Assembly: GCA_965202585.1 (NCBI GenBank)
Contig: OZ241829.1
Span: 73,656,001-73,720,000, forward strand
Reading direction: 5' to 3'
Length of the DNA stretch: 64,000 nt
From: Thalia democratica
Taxonomy: Eukaryota
Shown here: positions 10,506 through 21,909 of the stretch, one piece after another
Layout of the letters: the number at the start of each line of letters is the position of its first letter
How positions within the stretch are numbered: position 1 is the stretch's first letter
Program-made: the position numbers and the translations under genes
The notes under the pieces: generated by a model
The model's database searches: none
Told to the model about the DNA's origin: nothing
Seen by the model: the letters and a program-made list of their open reading frames with translations, nothing else

Positions 10506-11699
10506 TTATATCGTTTAAAAAACGATAATGTTTGATTTGACAAAAACATAACGAATGCTTATGTAATAAAAAAAATGTTTAGTATTTCAAAACAAAAGAT
10601 AATCATTATTAAAATAATATTTTGTGTAAAAGTGTCACAAATTTAAGCTAAGGAATCGAAGTATATATATAAACAATATTTCAAACAATTTGACTTATAA
10701 ACTTTTAAAGCACATTAGGGACAACGATAAGGTATGCTTTTGAATCGAAACCTAAATTACAAAATTATTAGTTGTGTTACACCTAAATTGAGTCATATAA
10801 ACATCATGTTTGTGTTCAAGTAATTTAAAATACTATCTTAATAATAATACTACAATAAATTTGTTTTTTCTGTAGCGTATTTTATTGATGTACCACCTAT
10901 TGTATGTAAACTAAGTAAATGAAAAAAGCGGTGTAAGTAGAAACTATTACTATAAATCTAAATCAATAATAAGCAAAAATATTTAATGGATGTAAAATAA
11001 ATTTTAATGAAATAACTTATGTACAATGACAATAAATTAAGTAACCAGAGGGTTCATGCTAATGTTCCATTTTCGTAGTTTCTGATTACAAAAGACGTAG
11101 TTGATTTTTTTTGTTGACCCGTCTCTTGACTGTTGAAGTAAAGTTTGTTGAATAATTGTTAATTTATATAAGCTTTTTTATTGACATTTTAGAACTTATA
11201 GAACTACATTATGAATGTGGATCGTAAGCTGGTTGTTTGCTTCAACGGTTAAAAGTAGAAGTTAACAAACGAAATTATTTTTTCAGAATTTTTGTTAATA
11301 GTAGTAGTACTGTACAGATAACTTAAAATATTCCATTTTTAATAACAAAAACTTTGTTTTAAATTTTAAGAAAAAAAGTTTGGAATGTTTATTTATTGGT
11401 ATCAGTTAGCACAACGCAGAGTAAAGTTGCTAAATATTAAAACAAAATATCACATAAATTTTATTTCTGTATAATGATTTATGAATGTTTAGTTAAAAAT
11501 AATTATGTCATTAAGAGTCAAGTGTAAAAGTTTGTATTAAGGTTTAAATTTAAAATTACATAAGTTAATTAATAAGGTAAAAAGTGATTGTAGTGTCACA
11601 TTAAAACCTTTTAACGGACTTGCGAGTATTTTTGACATAACGACAGAAATTTCAATCAGAGTTGGGAGAACTAGTGACGTCATATCAGAACCTTTAAAC

Positions 11700-12105
11700 A
11701 GGAAAACGGGTCAAATATGCACCAAGACAAAACTGCACCAGGTTACTAAATTGCACGAGGGCGCAAGATTGCATGGAAATAATTTTGCACGAAGACAAGC
11801 TTGCACGAGGGGACAAAATTGCACGAAGACAATTTTGCAGGAGGGTCATTTTGCGAGAGAGTGAAAAAGAAAACACAAAAATAAAACTAAAAAATAAACA
11901 AGTAAATAAAAAAAACAAGAAGAAAAGGCTATGGGTAACAGTGATAGTAAAAAAAATGAAATTAATAAAATAATTAAAAATAAAAATTCAACCCGTGCAA
12001 TTTTTTTTTGTGCAAAAGTATCTTCGTGTATTTTTTTGCCCTAGTACAATTTTTTCCCTTCGTGCAGATACCATTCAAACCATTGACAGATACCATTCAA
12101 AGAGA
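11700..12105. mobile_element. Foldback MITE copy within the 40-bp CRE minisatellite
   Basis: Homologous to 2600-2995. Confidence 0.65.
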
Positions 12106-12289
12106 CTTGGGAGTAATTTTATCGTCACATTAGAACCTTCAAACACGAGCTGTGAGCAATTGTTACGTCACATTAGAAACTTCAAGTAGACTTGTGAGTG
12201 ATTATGACGTCACACCAGAGTTTTTAATCAGGCTAATTCAACTCACAAAATTGTAACGACATGAAGTAGTGACTTTCAAAAATAAAACA

Positions 12290-12466
12290 TCAATGAATAA
12301 GAAGATTGAACATAGTAAATATAAACAAAAACAACAGGTAAACAAAAAACATGCATGGTATCAAAATATGAACAAGTGTTCTCACAGACAAAAGAATCCC
12401 TACCAGAGCTGCAACCCACCAAGGAGAAACTAAGTCAGCATTATCTTGTTGCAAAATAAAATACAT
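12290..12466 (-). CDS. Intact 58-aa hydrophobic ORF of the exon-3 family (possible small membrane protein)
   Basis: MYFILQQDNADLVSPWWVAALVGILLSVRTLVHILIPCMFFVYLLFLFIFTMFNLLIH*; ATG at 12466, TGA at 12290-12292. T-rich sequence can give such ORFs by chance. Confidence 0.3.
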   Translation of the reverse strand: MYFILQQDNADLVSPWWVAALVGILLSVRTLVHILIPCMFFVYLLFLFIFTMFNLLIH

Positions 12467-12883
12467 AACATTCTTTACATAACATACAAATATATAAGAT
12501 CAAAAACAAAGCTTTCTAACGGTTTCTCTAACGGTTTCAAAGCTCGTGCAAAAGTGACCCGTTCCCAGGTTTGATGGCCATTGGCCACCCTGTTAATTTA
12601 ATTTCAAAATTTAAAAAAGTAGCTTTTTTTGAAGTACATAACTCATGTATAAATAGTTCAATTTTTTTTACGACTTAAATTCATCAATAAACTATAAAAG
12701 AAAAAATTTAAAAACCATTTGTTCAACTTGTGTTTGAATTTAAAATTATAACTTACAAAAAAAAATTTTCTACAATTTTGTTAACATAGGGAAGTGTTTA
12801 GTATTATTCTATTGTTCTATTTCAGATATGATTATTTTCAAATTTTAAAACATAAAAAAAATGAATTTGTCATAGGCCTAGAC

Positions 12884-15663
12884 CAGGGGTCGGCAGGCAG
12901 TTGGTGCTCGCGGGCCAAATTTCAAGTTTCCAAAATCTTCGGGGGCCACAGTTCTAGTTTTAGTGACATTTGAATAATCTTTTAACTATAGTTTTGGTCA
13001 CACTAGAGATAGTTTTAATTTTATTCACTTTATTACTATAAATTACATTTAGCTACACATAGAATGCTTATTTAATATACAAATATCTATTGGAATAGAA
13101 TTTACATTGTTTAATATACTTAAGTCTTTATAAAATATGTACTTTTTTAAACACTTAGTAAGTTGAACTTAATAAAATATTTTTATTATTTTACTTACAA
13201 CCCAACTCTCTTTAAAAACAGAGCTTGAAAAATATTTATGAGTCACTTTATACATTTTTTATATTATGAACCACCTTTTCATATTTGAAAAAGTGTTAAC
13301 TTTTGAAAATTCAGTAATTAGTTAATAAAAAAATTTTAAATCTATATATACTGTAAATAAGCTAAATTAAATTTTTTAACATAGTTAATGCTGGAATATT
13401 TTAATAAAATACCTTATTAGTAATTGCTTAGTCTTATACACGGTTGCCACTTTAAAAGCAAAAATTTCTAAATAATATTAAAAGTTTATTAAAATACAAA
13501 ATAGCTAAAAATTTTATGTTAATTAAGCTTAAATACAAAACTAAAATATCATTATTATAAAAAATCACAATATGTAAATAGGCAAAAAAATACAATTAGT
13601 AAACTACACTACAGTCATAAAAACTATTCTGAGAATTCGAAGATTTATGCAAAGTGTTTGAAATAAAAGTTTTAGATACACCTGAGTTTTACAAAAAATT
13701 CTTAAACAGCTGTAATAAATATTTAATAATTTAAAAATATTTTTAAAATAGCCTTTTTTTTGGCAACCCTGTTTACAATAAAGTTCACAATATAAAGAAA
13801 TACCAAATTTTATTAACAGTGAATTAATTTTATTAATAAAAAAAATATTATAATTCAGCTTGAATAGACAATTAAGTTTTCAAACATTTTTAACAAATAT
13901 ATAAAAATCTATTAAGCTACTTATTAATTTGAAAAACCTATTTTTTTTTGAGCATCATAGCAATTTTTTATTTGCAATAAAAATATTGAATTTAAAAGGA
14001 GCGTATGTGAAATATAAGACGAGCTATAAGAACTATAATACGTTAGTTTGGAGTTATTGCGAGAAACGAAAAAAAAAAAAACAAATTGCTTGAGTTAGTT
14101 TCAAAAACGCACATGATTATTTTCAGTAACTATAGTCTGATCAAAAAAAAAACCGTTAAGAAAATTATAAAGTAAAAAAGTAATCACTAAAAAAAGATAC
14201 CTTCAAAGTTGTAAACTTGTTTAAAAATTTGTGTTGGGGTTAGTAAAATATTTTTGTTTATTTCTTCAATATCAACAAGAAGTCGTGTTTAGGAAATGTC
14301 TGAAGATTATCAAGCCGCATAAACAAAATTAGGACTTAAATCAATATGTTAAGATGTGAAAACTAATAAAAAAGATATTATATATTAATATTATATATTA
14401 ATACAAAAGACAATAATAATAATAATAATAATAATAATTTAAACCAACACTGTACATTGCACAAAACATACATCATAAACTTAATATACTACTGTTTAAA
14501 GCAAAATAGTCAGTCCGAGTGATCAAAACTAGCATGATATTTTAGCATACAAAAAACTATTACAAGCCAAGAACTGAAAAATGAATAAATTGATATGAGA
14601 TTTAAAGTCTTCAAATAGTCATAGTCTGAGTGTGTGACAATTTTTATTTGTTTATTTGATCGAGTTTGAACTATTTTGATTAAAAATGTACAAAGTTACC
14701 ATTTCTCAATCTAGTTTGTATTAGATAGGTAGTTTTAAAATACAACAACTGTTTATAGTAGTATGCAACGCATAAAAATTAACTTATTTTGTCAAAAAAA
14801 TTGTTTGAAAAATCAAAAAGTATACCTAGCAAAATTTTTTTAGTATATGACATTTATATTGTTTTAATGTGTTTGTACACATTTAGATATTACATGTAAA
14901 AATAATAATATTAGAATATTTTGCATAAACTAAATTTTATTTCGTTAAGTATTAAATAAAAAGTGGTTTAAAATATGAGCATATTTGTTCATTAATGTGA
15001 TAAGAATTAATTTAAAATACAAAGAAAACTTCTAAAAAATCAAAGGTGTCACAACCAAAATAAAATTAACCTTATTTCTTCTTATTATTATTTATTATTT
15101 TAAATGTTTTTGTGCACACAAAAATATAACATTTAGTAATAAAACATCTGTAGTAAAAACTTAGGTATAAAAAACGTGTAAAAAAACTAAACTGTAACCA
15201 GATTACATTTCAGTTAATTACTGTGCATTTCTTTTGTACAAAACGGAAAACATTTGCATTTAATTTTTACCAAATAAGTTTTATATAACTATCTTAATAA
15301 TTCAAAGCTTCTTTTACACTCTTTGTTCAGAAAATGATTTGCTGTTGTAAGAAGAAAGTTATTATGAAATTAAGAAAAAAAACCTGGTGAAATGCTAACC
15401 TGTCTTTTTCACATTTCAAGCTAAATCAGTAATGTATTTTAATGGTTCTAAAATGTTATACACGAACTTAAAACTAAAGTAATCAAACAAGTTTAACTTA
15501 AAATATATTATTACATGCTTGTGGGCCACTTTTACATGCTCACGGGCCGCAAAATTTTCTTTCGCGGGCCGCATTCCATTCAAAAAAATAATGTGCTCGC
15601 GGGCCGCAGATTTACCCTTCGCGGGCCGCATTTGGCCCGCGGGCCGCAGTTTGCCGACCCCTG
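12884..15663. mobile_element. Non-autonomous hAT (Buster/Charlie-type) transposon, 2780 bp
   Basis: TIRs CAGGGGTCGGCA / TGCCGACCCCTG, perfect 8-bp TSD GCCTAGAC (12876-12883 and 15664-15671) with central TA, and GCGGGCCGC subterminal repeats. No transposase ORF. Confidence 0.93.
14412..14438. repeat. (AAT)n microsatellite
   Basis: About 9 AAT units. Confidence 0.9.
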
Positions 15664-17274
15664 GCCTAGACACACATTTTATTTTTTTTATCAAGCTTAA
15701 GCTGCAAAACTACCGAAAGTAGAGTTAATGACATCATCAAAATATTGGGTACTTTTTTTTGCAAATTTGCTGCAATTGAAAGTACCCAATATTTAAAACT
15801 ACCCATAAAAATTCCTCCCGTTTAATGAATGTTTTCTGGGTTTACGCAAGTGGCAAGACATAAAGAGTCATAGGGGGTGTGGAGCAAATTAAATTGCCTT
15901 GTATACAGTTATCATATCGACGTAACTGCATTTTTTTAGATTAAATTTTAATAACATTAGAAGTAGTTTAAATTATTGTGTTCCCGCTAGGACGTTGTCA
16001 CGAGTTATTTCAGATGTTTTAATTTGTGCTGATTCGTAACTTTTTTGAGCTAGCTACGTCCCTGGTTGTAGGTATTTAAAATTATTTAACTTAATTAAGT
16101 TGTCTTTTAAATGGCAACTATTTTGTTTACTAAGTTTTTCTTAACCATTTTTTTTTTTTTTAAAGTTGCATTAGTTAGTAGTGAAACATTAGTTTAAAAC
16201 TAACCAGAACGTTCATAGCTTTGCTGTTGAATCCAAACTGACGGCCCACTTTGTCTGCAGCTGACTAGATTGTAAAAAATATTTAATTACAGTTTTATTT
16301 TACATAAGCTAGTTTAATGCTGTTTTTAGATTTAAACAAATGTACAGTAGAAAAACTTTTCTGGTAGTATTTAAACTTTTAGTAGGTAATTTTCTACAGT
16401 TGTTTAACCATATGTATATGAATAAAATTGAATTTAAACACTTTTTTTTTACTTTGATTAATAATTTTAATCATTTAAACAATATTTTTAGTTAAAACAA
16501 AAACTTAGGTAACGAGTTATGAATAAAACACACTTTGAACAAACGCAATTTACTTTATTTTCAATAAAAATTCTTAGTTCTGAAGAAACAAACTATTAAA
16601 TCACGACACAAATAAAATCTATAAAAGTATCAACAACCGTAAAGTTACATAAATACTAACATCAACTCCGCGATGTAGACGTTTTCTTTATTCTCGAAAT
16701 TTGTGAATAAAACGCTGAACTTAATCGTAACTTGATCGTACCACGGAATAACAAAGTAATTAATTACTAAAACTAAGGAACAACTAACGCGTATTTGAAA
16801 GACAAACGCAAATATATACGCATTGAAATGAAGTTTACTCCTTGAAATAATAAAAATATTTGTTTTTAATACTGGAAGCACGTCACGAAATGTGCGTAAA
16901 ACAGTTTACAACATCCGCTTTAAAATACGAAAATGAGATGTTAAAATCATTACAAGGTAAATTAGAGAAAACTTTTCTAACTCTCTACGGTGTCATGAGA
17001 ATTTTGAGGCTTTTTGATTGAGATTTAATCTTTTAGGTTGTTTAAACTTAACTGTATTAGAAGTCTGTTTGTATTTTAAAAATTTATTTTCTAGTAAAAA
17101 TAAGATATCCTTTATAGCATTCTCCATTAATAAATAAGCTCGAGGGATGTAGAGTTTTGTAGCTTTTTTATTGTTTTTTGTCTTTTTTAGATAGTTTAGC
17201 ATTTATAAATAAATTAGCAAATAATTTTTGTGCACGAATAGAATATAGTATAAAAATAACAAAAGCGCACTAAC

Positions 17275-17418
17275 CCTGCATCTGCAGCAGCAATTGTAGC
17301 GTACACCTGCGAGGGATCCATTTCATCGACAAACTCAGCAGCGCCTTTAAATGGCTCGTCTAGTTGCTGGATGTCTCCGTTTTATCGGTTGCTATATCAA
17401 TAACACCGTTCAGATAGA
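17275..17418 (-). pseudogene. Orphan frameshifted exon (YLNGVIDIATDK/NGDIQQLDEPFKGAAEFVDEMDPSQVYATIAAADA)
   Basis: tttttaacag acceptor, gttagt donor and GC-richer sequence. Needs +1 nt in GATAAAACG to stay open. Confidence 0.4.
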
Positions 17419-20079
17419 CTGTTAAAAATAATTTATTTTGAAAAACTTACTTTTAATTTTAAAAAAAAGTATTAATTTAATTTTATATAGCCTTTGATTT
17501 AGGTGACGTTTTTGCTGTTCAGACAAATACAATAAATTCTAAATGCAATCAGTCCTCGTTAAAAGTATCTCTACTCAAAATTGAAATCTCATTGACTTAA
17601 GTTGAAATTTAAATACTTTTTGATCAAATAACAGTTTTAGCTTTGTTCATTGCTTAATTAAATAAAATTGTATACAAAAAGTAGTAGGTAACGTAGTATT
17701 GCGTTTAAAAATAATTTAATTTTTACTAGCATTATAATTCAATAATTTCATTTATAAAAACTAATTAAATTAATGTTGCAGTTTAGCTTTGTAAACGAAA
17801 CCGCATGACTTGTAAATTTCACAGCATTTTTAACGTTCAACGGAAAGTCGGCTTAGAAAACTAAAAAACAATGTGATTTTAAGGACTACATAAAAATTTT
17901 GTCTCGTCACAACTCACTTTCGCTTTATCAGCTAAAGTTCGAGGCAAATTCACCGATAGACTTCGAAACCAAAGATACATTCATTTTAAGCCATCTTGAA
18001 TGGCTGTAAAATTAAGCAAATTACGAGGATAAATAAGAATACTCTTCGACTAGACACTCTGAACCCAATTTGTGCTGTGAAAGCGAGTATTTTCTGCACT
18101 CGGCCTGTGACGTAAAAATTTGAGAGCTGATTTTTCTATGTGTTGTAAGCATGAATTTTAGTGTTGATAAACTTTAAGTTTTTTTTTCTAGATACGTTTT
18201 AGTAGATTTCTATATATAGGTGGTTTTAATAGTCTTCAAAATATGCTCAGAAATTACGAAAGACATGTGTTTTTACATTTTAAGCGTTAAAAATTTACTG
18301 ACACTTTAAGAATCTTATTGTGGATTCCTTTACTGTTTATTGTGTTGAGAGATATTTGTAACACTTTTTTTTCATTAAAGATCACCAACAGCAAATTCAA
18401 GTCTTTATCTTCGATTATCTAACGATTCAGAATATAAGAAATCCGACAAATTCATTGCTAATAGCTTCTTTATTCTCACATAGTTTTTAGAATAAATTGC
18501 CTCTGTTATCCAGTCATGCACAAATTTACAAAACACTATTTTACTTATTCAACCAAGGATGACCACAGCTCAGTAAAAAAGTGGTTAGTCTTAACGAGAA
18601 GATAAAAAAAATTTAATATCAGTCAAAAAAAAGAAAAATATTTTGTTTTTGCAACGTGCACAAAACAAGCAAATTGATAATTTGGTTGTTAATGATCTTC
18701 GACTTATGAAAAAAATAAAAACAATGAAATTAAAATATGATGAGTTGATTGAACTAACCATTGGTGTGAAAAATCCAATGGCATAACAATAATTTCAGTG
18801 CGAGTATAATGCCAAGCAAAAGCTTGTAATTTCATAAGCACTTGACTTGTAGTAAATGGATGCGAAGGTAGTTAGCTAAAAATGGTGATTAAACAAAAGA
18901 AGCAACACGTAAATGTTGTAGGTAATAACATAAAAATAACTTTAGCATTTCTTAGAATAATAGGTCTTTAGCAACGTCAATATGCTATCAAAATAATCAC
19001 TTAAGATAACTTCTTTTCGTGAAGACAGAAACTTTGGCCGCTAACTGAAAATTTGCACTTTGCTCTTTTAAATTTAAGAAAACAGTCAAATCAGTATAAT
19101 GTTTAATAAAAAGTCTGTTTTAGGCTTAAATCTGTTATCGATACTTTCAATTAGAGTGGTGTTAGAGATGAAATGTCCGTTTTTTGTTTGTTGACAATCC
19201 AAAAAAAGAACTGATTTGGAGTACGAGATTATTATTTAAGACTCAAGATCAAACATACGCACACGGTTAAATATTTGATAATTAATTATTTTAACAGATC
19301 GCTCGTTTTTTATATATATGGAGTTTTTTCATTGAGTGACCACAAATAGCTGTGAAACATGGTTTTGATAAAAGGTTTGTCTCAACGTTCTAAGTACTAA
19401 AATGAATTAACTAACATTTTTGTATAGATCACAATATCTTTTATGTAAGGGCAATTAAACAACGTTAAACCGTGGCAACTCTGGTTGTTTGTAACAAACA
19501 TAGAATGAATGAAGGTATATTGTACTCAGTTTTCCTGAACATTTCGATAGAATTTAGTCATTGAGAATAAGCGGCAAGCTAATTATTAAATTACCAAAGT
19601 ATCGAAAGTCTTACAAGGCAGCCTGAAGCTAGAAATACCGAAAAACCTTGAGGAAATGGGCTAACGAGTTTGGATTTAACTTTTTCGCTGCTTCTGACAG
19701 ATAAAGACACAAGTCAGGCTTAAAGAGAAAACTAAAAGCTGGTAAAACAACGACTAAATCCAAAGAAGCAAACAACAAAACCACAAGCTCAGAGACACAT
19801 AACCCAACGAGCCAACGCCAGTCACGGAAAGCCTAAAACTCCGACTAACAACGATGCTTGTAATTGGAGACAATGAAGATACTGCAACACATCAATTAGG
19901 TGCATCGTTGCTCATCAGCCACTAAAAAACTATTTACAATGGTAGAATGCAGTCATTTTAAAAATACTATCAAGAAACATTACATAGACAGAGATTAGTC
20001 TGCTATACTTACTAAAACAATTCTAACAAATGACATCATAAACCATTTGTGACGTCACACACGAACCTTCAAACAGGCT

Positions 20080-20345
20080 TGTGTGAGAAATTCATAAAAC
20101 TGCTACAACCTGAACTAAGAAAAATTGTAGACACACATCAAAAAATATTGACATGCAAAACTTTAGCAAAAAATTATACAATGTTAAAGGTACTATTATG
20201 GAGTGCATGAATATAGAGTACATGAATGATATAAAATATATAAGAGCCTGTTCACAGGAAAATATCTTGCCGAGCCGCAACCTATCAACGGTAAACAAAG
20301 TCAGCATAGACTTGTTGACTTTACGGAATACGTAAGATCCTAAAA
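20080..20345 (-). pseudogene. Divergent exon-3 copy (QQVYADFVYR**VAA...LVQVVAVL*)
   Basis: CAAAGTCAGCAT core, with CRE repeat units at 20030-20090. Confidence 0.45.
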
Positions 20346-20675
20346 CAAACTTCAAAACAGTTTACAATAGTTTGATCAAAAAAATATTTAAAAAACGAAC
20401 TATTTCGTCGTTTACATAAAATAACGATAGGCAACTAAAGACAGTGTTATAATGAAGTGAAAGCAACGTCAAGATACAAAAAATTGAATGTTTAAAATAA
20501 ACAGAGCTCCAGCAGTCAACTTAAAAGACTTACTATATAAGCGATAACTTTTTGTGAATAATCAAGATGACATGGTCGTTTTGTGGGAACAGTAAGTAAA
20601 TACAAACCCACAAAATTTAATAAATGGAATCAACAGTTAAAAGCAAATCAAAACAGCTTAAGGATTGATGTATCA

Positions 20676-21026
20676 TATTCATTAGCAATGTTTTTTGAAT
20701 TATATCACTCACCGGAAATGTGAAACTCATGAGTAATACATAATTTCTTTGATATCCAAGTATCGAAAACTGTGATAAGTTTTATACATTGTTTATTAAA
20801 ATATACTGCATTTGACATGCTAATGGACCACCGCTTTATGACTAGCTAATATTATTCATTAGCAATGTTTTTTGAATTATATCACTCACCGGAAATGTGA
20901 AACTCATGAGTAATACATAATTTCTTTGATATCCAAGTATCGAAAACTGTGATAAGTTTTATACATTGTTTATTAAAATATACTGCATTTGACATGCTAA
21001 TGGACCACCGCTTTATGACTAGCTAA
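20676..21026. repeat. Perfect 177-bp-period tandem duplication
   Basis: 20676-20849 and 20853-21026 are identical by eye. Confidence 0.92.
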
Positions 21027-21369
21027 ATCAGAATTACACGAGTAAAGTTGAATATATTTCTTCGTGATGAACTAGAAACCCTAAAGGTTGTTTCAACTAA
21101 TAGAGTAATAAATATTTTAAAGGAAAAAATTAGAATCATGGTAGAAAAGTTTCTGGAAACTACTAGGATACCAAAATGTACTGAAATTATCACGGTAGAG
21201 GTTGTTTTACACAATGAAAAACAAAACACATACACGAAGATGTTTGGCCAGAGAGCTAAATGGAAAATTAAATGGAAAACGAGAAGTTGAGACGGGAAAA
21301 AATGCACTGAGCATCAATTTTTGTATGGATTTACTTTTTAATAGGTATCAATTTTATACGGCTATGAAA

Positions 21370-21610
21370 TTTTGCAGGACATCACTTTTTCAAAAGTGTC
21401 AACTTTGTATGGAGTCACTTTTGCACGGGTGACAATTTTCATGAAGTCACTTTAGTACTGCGTCAAATTTTCACGGTTGTTATTTTGCATTAAGGGTCTT
21501 GTTTAGAAATTCACTTGAAATTTTTTTACGAAATTTAAGAAGGCAAAATTTACATGGTGCAAAAGTAACCGCTTTACAAAACTGATTACACGTGCAAATG
21601 TGACACTTAG
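21370..21610. mobile_element. Degenerate foldback/MITE with TTGCAC/GTGCAA repeats
   Basis: TCACTTTTGCACGG-type units on the left and CGTGCAAA/GTGCAAAAG on the right. Confidence 0.4.
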
Positions 21611-21813
21611 CTGTTTAAGTTTCGCTGTTTAAGATCGCTGTTTAAGATCACAGTTATACAAATGTTATTAGATTCAATTGTTTAGATTGAATTTAAGTTA
21701 AAACATCATAAGTAGTAGTCTTTAATGTGCTTCATTAATCAAAGACAAAGTTGTGCAACAAAAAGTTATTTCTGGTTACTTACACTATATGTATTACAGA
21801 TATGAAAACTTAC

Positions 21814-21909
21814 TTGGGAGTGTTTGCTGAGTTTGCGATTTCTAACATTGATGTCAGCCTAAGAGGCCGTGGCTTGTTTTTCTTTCTCAAAAATAGCATC
21901 TCCGTTAAG
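21814..21909 (-). pseudogene. Exon 2 copy with ATG (MLFLRKKNKPRPLRLTSMLEIANSANTP)
   Basis: ttttttaacag acceptor and gtaagt donor. Confidence 0.6.

Larger units (their letters stand above)
1..12520. repeat. Segmental duplication copy 1 (partner ~26770-38355)
   Basis: 1.1-6.56 kb matches 27.9-33.4 kb and 7.56-12.2 kb matches 33.4-38.1 kb almost base for base by eye. Confidence 0.9.

Noticed and set aside
15416-15722. Three overlapping ORFs
   Set aside because: They fall in the GC-rich subterminal repeats of the hAT element; there are no transposase motifs.
20092-20355. 87-aa ORF as an intact gene
   Set aside because: It reads a different frame from the family motif (QQ..ADFV), which carries stops here, so it is likely a chance T-rich frame.
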